A stretch of DNA of 12,337 nucleotides from Flectobacillus sp. (GTDB lineage: Bacteria > Bacteroidota > Bacteroidia > Cytophagales > Spirosomataceae): NCBI GenBank assembly GCA_023255485.1, contig JALRIJ010000085.1:1-12337 (forward strand). Direction: 5' to 3'. Under the pieces are notes generated by a model. The model had not been told where the DNA came from. It did not search any database and saw only the letters and a program-made list of their open reading frames with translations. Positions within the stretch are counted from its first letter, which is position 1; each line of letters opens with the position of its first letter. Below, piece after piece: positions 1 to 7,817 of this stretch. The position numbers and the translations under genes are program-made.

Positions 1-625
1 AGAAGCATCTTCTGGTGGATATAAAGAGATTATCATGAACATTCAAGGAGAAGATGTTTATGGCAAAATGAAGTTTGAATCGGGTGTTCACCGTGTTCAG
101 CGTGTGCCAGCAACGGAATCTCAGGGTCGTATTCATACTTCTGCGGCAACGGTTGCGGTTTTGCCAGAGGTGGATGAAGTGGATGTTCAAATCAATATGA
201 ACGATATTCGTAAGGATACGTTCTGTTCATCTGGAGCGGGTGGACAGTCGGTAAACACGACGTACTCAGCCGTAAGGGTAACACACATCCCAACAGGCTT
301 GGTGGTTCAGTGTCAGGATGAACGTTCGCAAATTAAGAACTTTGACAAAGCCATGACCGTTTTGCGTTCTCGTTTGTATGAAATTGAACTTGCAAAACAA
401 CAAGCAGCGATTGCAGGTGATCGTAAATCAATGGTTGGATCGGGGGACCGTTCAGATAAAATCAGAACTTACAATTATCCGCAAGGGCGTGTAACCGACC
501 ACCGTATTGGTTATACGGTTTATAACCTTCCTGTGGTAATGGATGGCGAAATTGGTGATTTCATCGAACAACTACGTATCGCTGAAAATGCAGAAAAATT
601 GAAAGAAGGAAACAGTGCAATTTAA
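1..625 (+). CDS. prfA: Peptide chain release factor 1, 5'-truncated by the window edge. The frame is open from position 2 and stops with TAA at 623-625.
   Basis: The translation carries the RF1-specific tripeptide anticodon context [24 protein letters not shown] (PxT motif; RF2 would have SPF). It has the universal GGQ peptidyl-hydrolase motif ([11 protein letters not shown]) and the conserved C-terminal [24 protein letters not shown]. There is no in-frame stop between position 2 and the first ATG at 35, so the gene starts upstream of the window. Confidence 0.92.
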   Translation, partial: EASSGGYKEIIMNIQGEDVYGKMKFESGVHRVQRVPATESQGRIHTSAATVAVLPEVDEVDVQINMNDIRKDTFCSSGAGGQSVNTTYSAVRVTHIPTGLVVQCQDERSQIKNFDKAMTVLRSRLYEIELAKQQAAIAGDRKSMVGSGDRSDKIRTYNYPQGRVTDHRIGYTVYNLPVVMDGEIGDFIEQLRIAENAEKLKEGNSAI

Positions 626-654
626 GCATTGAAGTACCTTATTATCGTATAACA

Positions 655-692
655 AAAACGTCCTCGAAGATTATTTTCGAGGACGTTTTTGG
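655..692 (+). terminator. Rho-independent terminator of prfA
   Basis: Perfect 14-bp inverted repeat AAAACGTCCTCGAA / TTCGAGGACGTTTT around a 7-nt loop, followed by TTTTTGG. It lies 30 bp after the prfA stop. Confidence 0.7.
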
Positions 693-705
693 TTAATATT
701 CTCTC

Positions 706-781
706 CTATATTTTCTAGTATTTGATTCTTCACATTAATGACCTAATTGAGATATAGAATAATTCTATACTTCAACATGAT
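706..781. repeat. Copy A of a ~75-bp bipartite intergenic repeat. The left motif is CTATATTTTCTAGTATTTGATTCT and the right motif is AATTCTATACTTCAACAT.
   Basis: The 24-nt left end is identical to 1015-1038. The right-end motif AATTC(Y)(n)TACTTCAACAT is shared. The distance from TTTTCTAGTA to AATTC is exactly 50 bp in all three copies. The middle is diverged. Confidence 0.7.
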
Positions 782-792
782 ACCTGATAATT

Positions 793-850
793 TATATTTT
801 TTTCCTTTTAACAGGCGACTGAAGTCACCTGCTAAAAAGAAAAAATATAC
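793..850. repeat. Stem-loop element H1. The 14-bp outer stem (797-810 / 833-845) has one C·A mismatch, and the 22-nt core is ACAGGCGACTGAAGTCACCTGC.
   Basis: Inverted repeat TTTTTTTCCTTTTA / TAAAAAGAAAAAA. The core contains an inner stem GGCGAC/GTCACC closed by a TGAA tetraloop. The core is homologous to those at 943-966 (in reverse complement) and 9074-9095. Confidence 0.65.
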
Positions 851-923
851 TCGTTTTGAGTTCAACAATTAGTTTGTTGTCCAAATATCAACGATAGAAA
901 TTCAGTTACCATTTGGGGTATCC

Positions 924-985
924 TTGTTATTCTTTTCCATTTAGACGGCGACTTCAGTCGCTGGCGAAATGGAAAAGAATAACAA
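924..985. repeat. Stem-loop element H2. It has a perfect 19-bp outer stem (924-942 / 967-985) and a 24-nt core, AGACGGCGACTTCAGTCGCTGGCG, which is the reverse complement of the H1 core.
   Basis: TTGTTATTCTTTTCCATTT pairs perfectly with AAATGGAAAAGAATAACAA. The reverse complement of the core contains GCGACTGAAGTCGCC, an 11-nt identity to the H1 core at GCGACTGAAGTC. The flanks CCATTT...TAAATGG are identical to H3. Confidence 0.7.
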
Positions 986-1014
986 ATGATAAAATACTTG
1001 AGCTGAAGTACTCA

Positions 1015-1090
1015 CTATATTTTCTAGTATTTGATTCTCCAAGTTAATCTTCTGTTTGAAATAGAGAGAAATTCCATACTTCAACATAAT
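1015..1090. repeat. Copy B of the ~75-bp bipartite repeat, in direct orientation relative to copy A.
   Basis: CTATATTTTCTAGTATTTGATTCT is identical to 706-729, and ...AATTCCATACTTCAACATAAT matches the right end of copy A. It ends 14 bp before the stop codon of the minus-strand GH3 gene. Confidence 0.7.
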
Positions 1091-1103
1091 TTATAACTCT
1101 TCC

Positions 1104-2588
1104 CTACAACTTATCCGCAATCGCTCTATCATTAGATAAACGAGGTACTTTATTTTGTCCTCCCAATTTACCTTGCGACTTCATATAGTCAATAAATGCG
1201 TTCTTTTTCAGACTATTAATTTTCAACGGTTGAAGAATATTTCCCGTCATCAAATCGTCGTAATAGACATTCAGTTCAGCGAGTTTCGTATTTAAGTCGT
1301 GGGCAAAACTAGCTAAATTAGTGGGTTGTTGCGAAAATTCAATCAACCATTCATGATAAGGTAGTTCTCCATCTTCTGGTGTTACTTGTGGTGCAACGGT
1401 AAACTCAACGACTTCCGCCTCTGGGTGACGCTTAGTAGCATATTGCATGGCTTTTTCGACTTCTTCCCCAATCACGTGTTCTCCAAAAGCAGAGATAAAG
1501 TGCTTGATTCTGCCCGACACAATAATCCGATACGGACTTAACGAAACAAACTTTACCGTATCACCTAGTGAATAGCCCCACAAACCCGCATTGGTATTCA
1601 TAATGACAGCGTAGTTTACACCCAATTCTACTTCTCCAATGTGCAAACGACGGGGATTTTCTGAGAAATATTCATCCGCAGGAATAAATTCATAAAATAC
1701 ACCCGAATTTAAAAGCATTAACATTCCCTCTTCCGTTTGGGTATCTTGATACGCAATGAATCCTTCTGATGCAGGATAGGTTTCAATCGAGTCAATTTGC
1801 TTACCGATAGATTCAATCAATTTGGCACGATAAGGCGAAAAATTCACCCCACCATACACAAACAAGGAGAAGTTTTTAAACACGTCCTTAATTTTCTTAT
1901 CGGTACGATTTTGAATACGGTCGAAGTACATTTGTACCCACGGCGGAATTCCCGAAATCAACGACATATCTTCATTGATGGTTTCATCAATAATTTTATC
2001 CAGTTTACTTTCCCAATCTTCCATACAATTGGTTTCGTAACTTGGCATCTGATTCGAACGCAAATAACCTGGCACATGGTGATTGACAATTCCCGATAAA
2101 CGTCCTGTGAAAATGCCGTTCTTTTTATCCATTTCAGGCGAGCCAGAAAGGAATATTAATTTTTTGTCAAGAAATTGCGAATTACCCGTTTCGTGTACAT
2201 AACTTAATAACGCATCCCTTGCTCCATTGATATGGAAACCTATTGATTCTTTAGAAATCGGAATATATTTAACACCCGAAGTAGTCCCTGATGTTTTAGC
2301 AAAGTAGAGCGGTTTCCCTTTCCACAAAATATCAGGCTCTCCAGCCACAACCATTTCAATATAGGGCTTCAAAGACTCATAGTCTTTTACAGGAACGTTA
2401 TTTTTAAAAGACTGATAATCAATAATTTCATCAAAATGATGATCTTTTCCAAAAAGCGTGTGTGCTGCTTCCGAGACCAACGATTTCATAAGTAATAGTT
2501 GTGTTTCTACAGCATTTTTTTCCCATTTACGACGGGCATTTATAACGTAAGCGGCAAAAGGTTTTGCCAATAGTGAGCGGAATCCCAT
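1104..2588 (-). CDS. GH3 auxin-responsive-promoter family protein. This is an ANL-superfamily acyl-acid amido synthetase-like adenylating enzyme, a bacterial homologue of plant GH3/JAR1.
   Basis: The 494-aa ORF has a GH3-family N-terminus (LAKPFAAYVINARRKWEKNAVETQ). It has the adenylate-forming P-loop-like motif FAKTSGTTSGVKYIPISKES, the ...YGGVNFSPYR... segment and ASEGF, as in bacterial GH3 proteins. This length and domain order is a common annotation in Flavobacteriia/Cytophagia. Confidence 0.8.
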   Translation of the reverse strand: MGFRSLLAKPFAAYVINARRKWEKNAVETQLLLMKSLVSEAAHTLFGKDHHFDEIIDYQSFKNNVPVKDYESLKPYIEMVVAGEPDILWKGKPLYFAKTSGTTSGVKYIPISKESIGFHINGARDALLSYVHETGNSQFLDKKLIFLSGSPEMDKKNGIFTGRLSGIVNHHVPGYLRSNQMPSYETNCMEDWESKLDKIIDETINEDMSLISGIPPWVQMYFDRIQNRTDKKIKDVFKNFSLFVYGGVNFSPYRAKLIESIGKQIDSIETYPASEGFIAYQDTQTEEGMLMLLNSGVFYEFIPADEYFSENPRRLHIGEVELGVNYAVIMNTNAGLWGYSLGDTVKFVSLSPYRIIVSGRIKHFISAFGEHVIGEEVEKAMQYATKRHPEAEVVEFTVAPQVTPEDGELPYHEWLIEFSQQPTNLASFAHDLNTKLAELNVYYDDLMTGNILQPLKINSLKKNAFIDYMKSQGKLGGQNKVPRLSNDRAIADKL

Positions 2589-2631
2589 AATGATATTGAT
2601 TATTAATCTTTTCCAAAGTTAAAAAATAAAG

Positions 2632-3285
2632 CTACATTCTAAACGTCATCCGATGAAAAGGCGTGACTCCATGCTCTCGAATAGCCGCTTTATGTTTGGG
2701 CGTTGGATAACCAGCGTTATGTTCCCAACCATAATGTGGATATGTTAAGGCAAGAGTTTCCATCAACTCATCTCGATACGTTTTCGCTAAAATAGAGGCA
2801 GCTGCAATGCTCATAAATTTGGCATCTCCTTTAACAATACAGGTATGCGGGATAAGCGGATAATTAGGAAAGCGATTACCATCAATTAATAAGTGTTCAG
2901 GACGGACGTTCAGTTTGTCAACACAGAGATGCATGGCTTTCATGCTGGCTTTCAAGATATTTATTTCATCAATATCCTGATTAGATACCTCGGCAATCGT
3001 CCAAGCGATGGCATCTCGTTGAATATCCAAGCGAATAATATCTCGCTGTTTTTTAGTTAATTGTTTGGAATCGTTCAACAACTCATGCGAATAATCCTTA
3101 GGTAAAATCACCGCTGCCGCCACTACAGGCCCTGCCAAACAGCCTCTTCCTGCTTCGTCGAGACCTGCCTCAATCATGGATTCATTGTAAAAACTTTTAA
3201 GCATATCGTAAAAGGTCGTAATTTTATGTAAAGTTAGGGCAATTTTATGATTAGAAACATCCGCTTCAAAAACATCCCTTGGCAT
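2632..3285 (-). CDS. rnhB: Ribonuclease HII. The coordinates give the longest ORF. The true start is more likely the Met 27 codons downstream, at 3204, giving ~190 aa.
   Basis: RNase HII catalytic motifs are present: [24 protein letters not shown] (the DEAGRG metal-binding site), [19 protein letters not shown] and [14 protein letters not shown]. The 36-aa N-terminal extension of the long ORF has no counterpart in Bacteroides RnhB as I remember it, which starts about 9-12 residues before the IEAG motif. Confidence 0.9.
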   Translation of the reverse strand: MPRDVFEADVSNHKIALTLHKITTFYDMLKSFYNESMIEAGLDEAGRGCLAGPVVAAAVILPKDYSHELLNDSKQLTKKQRDIIRLDIQRDAIAWTIAEVSNQDIDEINILKASMKAMHLCVDKLNVRPEHLLIDGNRFPNYPLIPHTCIVKGDAKFMSIAAASILAKTYRDELMETLALTYPHYGWEHNAGYPTPKHKAAIREHGVTPFHRMTFRM

Positions 3286-3436
3286 GATTTATGCTTAGTT
3301 TCGACTGTTAGTTAGATTTCAAAAGACTAACATAGTTCATCTTACAGCCCAAACCTCTTCGTTTGTTCAGCTGTTTACAAAGGAGAATACCCTTTCATTA
3401 GTAGAATTTTCACCCTGATTTTAAGATACATAGACA

Positions 3437-5998
3437 ATGCCTAATCTAAGAACAATAGGACTGACATTTACGCTGGCTGTAACATTTTTTGTAAATGTGA
3501 ATGCACAACAAGAAACTAGCCCATCCTTAGCCGATGCAGTTAGGCACTTTGAGTTATTGAGCTATCCCACAGCCATTACAAAATTTGAGCGTATTCTCAA
3601 AGAGAATAGCACAAGCCTTTCAGAAACAGACAAAACGTCTATCTTATTGAAATTAGCGTATAGTTATAAAAAAACTAGCAATGATATCAATGCAGAGAAA
3701 TACTACCGAGAAGCCCTAAAAACAAGTCCTAAGTTAGTAGGTGACGACCTAAAAACATATTTATATTTTGCTCAGACACTTGCCGCTAATGGCAAATTCA
3801 AAGAAGCCCAGCAATATTATGACAAATACGAACTGGTTGCCCCTTCTCTGAAAAGTGATAAAATGAGTGCCAGTGTCAGTACCAATGCTAAACTAAATAG
3901 CGACGTTACTCGTCTGAAAACAGATAAAGCTAAATATATTGTAGAATACCTGACTTTTAATTCAGATAAGCCAGAATTCAGCCCAATTTATTATAAAAGT
4001 GGTTTAGTTTTCTGCTCTGGAAAATCGCAAGGAGCTCTTTCTGCCAATAAAAAAGGAGGCTTTTTAGACTTGTACTACCTCAGCGATTTATCAATGGTGA
4101 AAGGGAATGTAGTGGACGGCGATGAAGAAGTACAGACCAAACGCAAAACAGACAATACGCTGACAGCCTCTCTGGGCAATGACTATTATTCGCAGGTTAC
4201 TGCCAACGATTCAAAAACACTGAGCTTTTTCGGAGGTGTGGATAAATCACCTGTTATTAGCACCGACAAAGGACAAATTGCCGAATCCGATATTTTCAGT
4301 AAAACTTTGAATACCAAATTACACGAGGGGCCGACAACTTTTAGTAATGACTTTTCTAAAATTATTTTTACCAGAAATAACTTTAATGAAGGCGAACAAG
4401 GACGTAGCGAAGACAATGTTACGAAGTTAAAACTCTATACCGCCGACAACAGCAAAGGAGTTTGGTCAAATCCTGTAGAATTACCCTTCAATGGGGACGA
4501 TTTTTCTACGGCACACCCTAGCTTATCCAAAGACGGACGTTACTTATATTTTGCCTCAGACAGACCGAATGGTTTTGGAGGTATGGACTTATGGATGGTC
4601 GAAAATGTCAACGGTAAATGGACTGACCCTAAAAATTTAGGAAAAGAAATCAATACGAAATCAACGGATGCATTTCCATTTGTTGATGAAAATGGCAATT
4701 TATACTACGCCTCAGAAGGACTTGGTGGCGAAGGAGGCTTGGACATCTTTTTTGTGGAAATGAAAAAAGGAATGCCTGTAGGTAAACCTTTCAACATTGG
4801 AGAACCTTTCAACTCTGTTAATGATGATTTCGGCATCATTACCGATGGAGAACGCAGTGTTGGTTTTTTTAGCTCTGACCGTAGAAAAGGGGTTGACGAC
4901 GATATTTATCGTTTCAAAAGACAATCTTCGCTCTATGATTGTAAGGAATTAACGATTAGCGTTATTGACCCCGACAATCACAAAAAGCCTATCGAAGGAG
5001 CAACGATTTCATTAAGCAAAAAAGGAGATACTCCAACTACACAAGTAACCAATGCGGGAGGGCTTGTTAAAATTTGTACTGAAGAAAACATCAACTATCA
5101 AATTAAAGTAGGTAAAGATGGTTATATCAATAATATTGTAGGCTATTCAACTCGAGGAGAAATTGGGGATGCTCCTTCTATTATTGAGGTGCCATTATCA
5201 AAAATAACCATCATCGAGTCAGAGACAACCATTATTCAAAAGCTCCCTCAAGTTGAAATTCCCAAGGAACTATTGGCTCCCAAACCTAAGGTAAATGTTA
5301 TCAGAGGGATTATTACAGAAGGAGTAGATAAAACTCCTATCGAAGGTGTTCTCTTGACCATGCGTAATCTTTGCGATGGCTCTGTACAAAGCTATACAAC
5401 CGAATTAGATGGTAAATATGCGTTTCAGGTTTTGCCAGGGTGTAATTATGAAATGGACTTTGAGAAAGAAGGATATGCCAGCATTACAGATCCTGTTGAA
5501 CTAAAAGATGCCGATGCAGACCCCGACACAACCGCATCAGATACCAAACCAGTAACGGTTATCAAAGTTGACAAGCTCAAAAAAGGGAAACCAAAGGTAA
5601 TTTCTAAAAACGTAGATTTGGTAAAAGAAGGTAATCTCATTACGCTCAACAATATCTACTATAATCCCAATAGTGTACAACTCAAAAAAGAATCGTATAA
5701 AGAATTAAACAAACTCGTTGCCAGTCTTCGTAATTATCCTGAAATGGTCATCGAAATCGGTTCACATACAGACTCTCGTGGCGATGCACAGGATAACCTT
5801 ACCTTATCTCAAAAGAAAGCGGCTAGTGTTGTCGATTTTATCACGAGTAGAGGTATTGACCGTAGTCGTGTAATTCCAAGAGGTTATGGAGAAACCATGT
5901 TAGTAAATCAATGTAAAGATGGTGTTATCTGTACTGAACGAGAGCACGAACGCAATAGAAGAACAACAATCCGAATTTTGAAAATTCGTCAAAAATAA
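3437..5998 (+). CDS. Secreted multidomain OmpA-family protein. The domains run signal peptide, TPR repeats, TolB-like/WD40-like beta-propeller (PD40), two carboxypeptidase-regulatory-like (CarbopepD_reg) beta-sandwich domains, then a C-terminal OmpA peptidoglycan-binding domain.
   Basis: The N-terminus MPNLRTIGLTFTLAVTFFVNVNAQQ is a signal peptide. TPR-like helical repeats follow (YYREALKTSPK...GKFKEAQQYYDKY). PD40 repeats are present (SLSKDGRYLYFASDRPNGFGGMDLWMV; FPFVDENGNLYYASEG; GFFSSDRRKGVDDDIY). CarbopepD_reg-like segments are LTISVIDPDNHKKPIEGATISL and IRGIITEGVDKTPIEGVLLTM. The OmpA-C motifs are LNNIYYNPNSVQL, IEIGSHTDSRGD, NLTLSQKKAASVVDF and RGYGET. Confidence 0.88.
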   Translation: MPNLRTIGLTFTLAVTFFVNVNAQQETSPSLADAVRHFELLSYPTAITKFERILKENSTSLSETDKTSILLKLAYSYKKTSNDINAEKYYREALKTSPKLVGDDLKTYLYFAQTLAANGKFKEAQQYYDKYELVAPSLKSDKMSASVSTNAKLNSDVTRLKTDKAKYIVEYLTFNSDKPEFSPIYYKSGLVFCSGKSQGALSANKKGGFLDLYYLSDLSMVKGNVVDGDEEVQTKRKTDNTLTASLGNDYYSQVTANDSKTLSFFGGVDKSPVISTDKGQIAESDIFSKTLNTKLHEGPTTFSNDFSKIIFTRNNFNEGEQGRSEDNVTKLKLYTADNSKGVWSNPVELPFNGDDFSTAHPSLSKDGRYLYFASDRPNGFGGMDLWMVENVNGKWTDPKNLGKEINTKSTDAFPFVDENGNLYYASEGLGGEGGLDIFFVEMKKGMPVGKPFNIGEPFNSVNDDFGIITDGERSVGFFSSDRRKGVDDDIYRFKRQSSLYDCKELTISVIDPDNHKKPIEGATISLSKKGDTPTTQVTNAGGLVKICTEENINYQIKVGKDGYINNIVGYSTRGEIGDAPSIIEVPLSKITIIESETTIIQKLPQVEIPKELLAPKPKVNVIRGIITEGVDKTPIEGVLLTMRNLCDGSVQSYTTELDGKYAFQVLPGCNYEMDFEKEGYASITDPVELKDADADPDTTASDTKPVTVIKVDKLKKGKPKVISKNVDLVKEGNLITLNNIYYNPNSVQLKKESYKELNKLVASLRNYPEMVIEIGSHTDSRGDAQDNLTLSQKKAASVVDFITSRGIDRSRVIPRGYGETMLVNQCKDGVICTEREHERNRRTTIRILKIRQK

Positions 5999-6018
5999 AT
6001 ACCCATTACACTTCGCCA

Positions 6019-6056
6019 AAACGGCTTAATCGTGCTGATTAAGTCGTTTTTTTTTA
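6019..6056 (+). terminator. Rho-independent terminator of the OmpA-family gene
   Basis: ACGGCTTAATC (6021-6031) pairs with GATTAAGTCGT (6037-6047) with one G·U. The loop is GTGCT and the stem is followed by a T9 run. It lies 23 bp after the stop. Confidence 0.75.
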
Positions 6057-6074
6057 TTCAAGCTATAAAAGATG

Positions 6075-6082
6075 TATTTTTG
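6075..6082 (+). promoter_or_regulatory. Candidate Bacteroidota sigma-A -7 element (TATTTTTG = TAnnTTTG) for ruvB
   Basis: Perfect match to the phylum -7 consensus, 41 bp upstream of the ruvB ATG. No clean -33 TTTG sits at the expected spacing, because that position lies in the terminator T-run. Confidence 0.35.
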
Positions 6083-6122
6083 AAAAACCGAATTTTAGGT
6101 TATACAAAAAGAAGCTACAAAC

Positions 6123-7148
6123 ATGCGTGAAGATTATTTAAAAGGAGATAAAGAACCGCTATCTGGACCAGAAAAGGAGATTGAAAAAGCCTTACGTCCA
6201 CTATCTTTTGATGATTTTGCGGGTCAAGATAAAGTACTTGAAAATCTGAAAGTATTTGTTCAGGCAGCCAAACAGCGAGAAGAAGCCCTCGACCACGTGC
6301 TACTCCATGGCCCTCCAGGGTTAGGAAAGACAACACTTTCAAATATTGTAGCCAATGAGTTAGGGGCGAACATCAAAATCACCTCTGGCCCTGTGTTGGA
6401 TAAACCGTCTGATTTAGCGGGTCTATTAACCAATTTGCAGCCCTACGATGTGTTATTTATTGATGAGATTCACCGCTTGAATCCGATTGTAGAAGAGTAC
6501 CTCTACTCGGCCATGGAAGATTACAAAATTGACATCTTGCTAGACTCTGGGCCCAATGCTCGCAGTGTCCAAATTTCGTTGAATCCCTTTACCCTCATTG
6601 GAGCAACGACTCGTGCAGGAATGTTGACCTCTCCCCTACGAGCTCGTTTCGGAATCAATGCTCGTTTGGAATATTATGATGCCAAATTACTAACCTCTAT
6701 TGTTAAACGTTCTTGCCAAATTTTGAACACTCCCGTAGATGATGAAGGAGCTTACGAAATAGCAAGACGAAGTAGAGGTACGCCTCGTATCGCCAACAAT
6801 TTGTTAAGAAGAACTCGTGATTTTGCCCAAGTAAAAGGCGATGGACGTATTACAGTACACATTGCTGAAATAGCCCTTGCCGCATTGGACGTAGATCAAA
6901 ACGGATTGGACGAAATGGATAACCGTATCTTAACAACCATCATCGAAAAATTCAAAGGAGGCCCTGTCGGCTTATCTACCATTGCAACAGCATGTGGAGA
7001 AGAAGCCGAAACCATCGAAGAGGTTTATGAACCTTTCTTAATCCAAGAAGGCTTCCTAAAACGTACCTCTCGTGGACGAGAAGCCACAGAGCTCGCTTAT
7101 AAACATTTAGGAATTGTACCCAAATTTAGAGCAGGGGAACTTTTCTAA
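6123..7148 (+). CDS. ruvB: Holliday junction branch-migration ATPase RuvB
   Basis: The 341-aa ORF has a Walker A motif ([20 protein letters not shown]) and a Walker B motif ([11 protein letters not shown]). It has sensor 1 (LIGATTRAG), the arginine finger region (SPLRARFGI) and the winged-helix C-terminus typical of RuvB. Confidence 0.96.
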   Translation: MREDYLKGDKEPLSGPEKEIEKALRPLSFDDFAGQDKVLENLKVFVQAAKQREEALDHVLLHGPPGLGKTTLSNIVANELGANIKITSGPVLDKPSDLAGLLTNLQPYDVLFIDEIHRLNPIVEEYLYSAMEDYKIDILLDSGPNARSVQISLNPFTLIGATTRAGMLTSPLRARFGINARLEYYDAKLLTSIVKRSCQILNTPVDDEGAYEIARRSRGTPRIANNLLRRTRDFAQVKGDGRITVHIAEIALAALDVDQNGLDEMDNRILTTIIEKFKGGPVGLSTIATACGEEAETIEEVYEPFLIQEGFLKRTSRGREATELAYKHLGIVPKFRAGELF

Positions 7149-7193
7149 CATCCTTATTTAGTGCTTGACTAAATCCCCTTTCATTGCCACTAT

Positions 7194-7256
7194 AAACCGA
7201 TGAGGATTTGGGTGTAACACGTTCTATGGAAGAACAACCTAAATCCTTATCGGTTT
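7194..7256 (+). other. Long imperfect stem-loop in the ruvB 3' region. The stem is about 20 bp with three G·U wobbles that pair only on the + strand, around a 20-nt loop.
   Basis: AAACCGATGAGGATTTGGGTG (7194-7214) pairs with CAACCTAAATCCTTATCGGTTT (7235-7256). Every non-Watson-Crick position is G in the 5' arm opposite T in the 3' arm. That is G·U on the + transcript but C·A on the - transcript. No U-tract follows. Confidence 0.5.
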
Positions 7257-7271
7257 ACTAAAACACCTAGC

Positions 7272-7310
7272 TGCTACGATGTATCAATCCGCAAGTAGCA
7301 CTTCTTTATA
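7272..7310 (+). terminator. Possible intrinsic terminator for ruvB: a short hairpin followed by CTTCTTTAT. It overlaps the 3' end of the convergent small ORF.
   Basis: TGCTAC (7272-7277) pairs with GTAGCA (7295-7300) around a 17-nt loop, followed by a T-rich tract at 7301-7310. Confidence 0.3.
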
Positions 7311-7605
7311 AGTTAAAATCCTTCTCTGATAGCTCCATTGTTTTGGGCTTGTTAGATGCTCCCGTTACAAAAAAGTGACTTTGACAACTCATACAACGAT
7401 AATATTTTAGTCCTGAAAAATAGACCAAAAACAGACGCACCAAAATTGGTCTTCTCTTACGATCTCCATGGCCAGAGCCACATACAGGACATTTAGAAGA
7501 AGACGATTTTCTGGAAAAATAAAAGGCCAGCATGACAAGCTGAATCAGCAATAACCCTAGTATAATCTTCACAAAAAGACTATCTAATAATTGAGAAAAC
7601 ATCAT
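7306..7605 (-). CDS. Small hypothetical protein of 99 aa with an N-terminal transmembrane helix and a C-terminal CxxC-(31)-CxxC zinc-ribbon-like module.
   Basis: The ORF carries a hydrophobic segment IILGLLLIQLVMLAFYF, then CPVCGSGHGDRKRRP...YRCMSCQSHF. Amino-acid composition is protein-like, and the ORF is convergent with ruvB. There is no homology I can name. Confidence 0.5.
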   Translation of the reverse strand: MMFSQLLDSLFVKIILGLLLIQLVMLAFYFSRKSSSSKCPVCGSGHGDRKRRPILVRLFLVYFSGLKYYRCMSCQSHFFVTGASNKPKTMELSEKDFNL

Positions 7606-7742
7606 ACGTTTAGATTTTGTGTTATTAGTTTAAAATCATTATTACAAGTATGTTTACTAGTTTGTACGATGTCATACAACCCTAGTAATAAATTTAACAA
7701 AAAGTCCTATTATGGTAATTTTACTATCGAATAACCTGCAAG

Positions 7743-7817
7743 TGGTTTTCTAGTAAAATGATTGTGTCGTAACTATGTATAAAACTGCCCATATCAATTC
7801 CTACTGTCAAGGAACGC
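7743..7817. repeat. Degenerate third copy (C) of the ~75-bp bipartite repeat.
   Basis: TTTTCTAGTAaaaTGATT at 7746-7763 and AATTCCTACTgtCAA at 7796-7810 match the left and right motifs of copies A and B, with the same 50-bp spacing between them. A further partial left-motif TTTaCTAGTtTTTG lies at 7648-7661. Confidence 0.45.

Noticed and set aside
1797-2099. 100-aa + strand ORF
   Set aside because: It lies entirely inside the well-supported GH3 CDS on the opposite strand. Its composition is low-complexity and basic (RRK/IH-rich), typical of antisense frames.
4186-5652. Three minus-strand ORFs (4186-4416, 4712-4924, 5446-5652) of 68-76 aa
   Set aside because: All three are embedded antisense within the 853-aa OmpA-family CDS. 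They show no protein-like features or homology.
6115-6342. 75-aa minus-strand ORF overlapping the ruvB start
   Set aside because: It is antisense to the highly conserved RuvB N-terminus, so it is a spurious shadow ORF.
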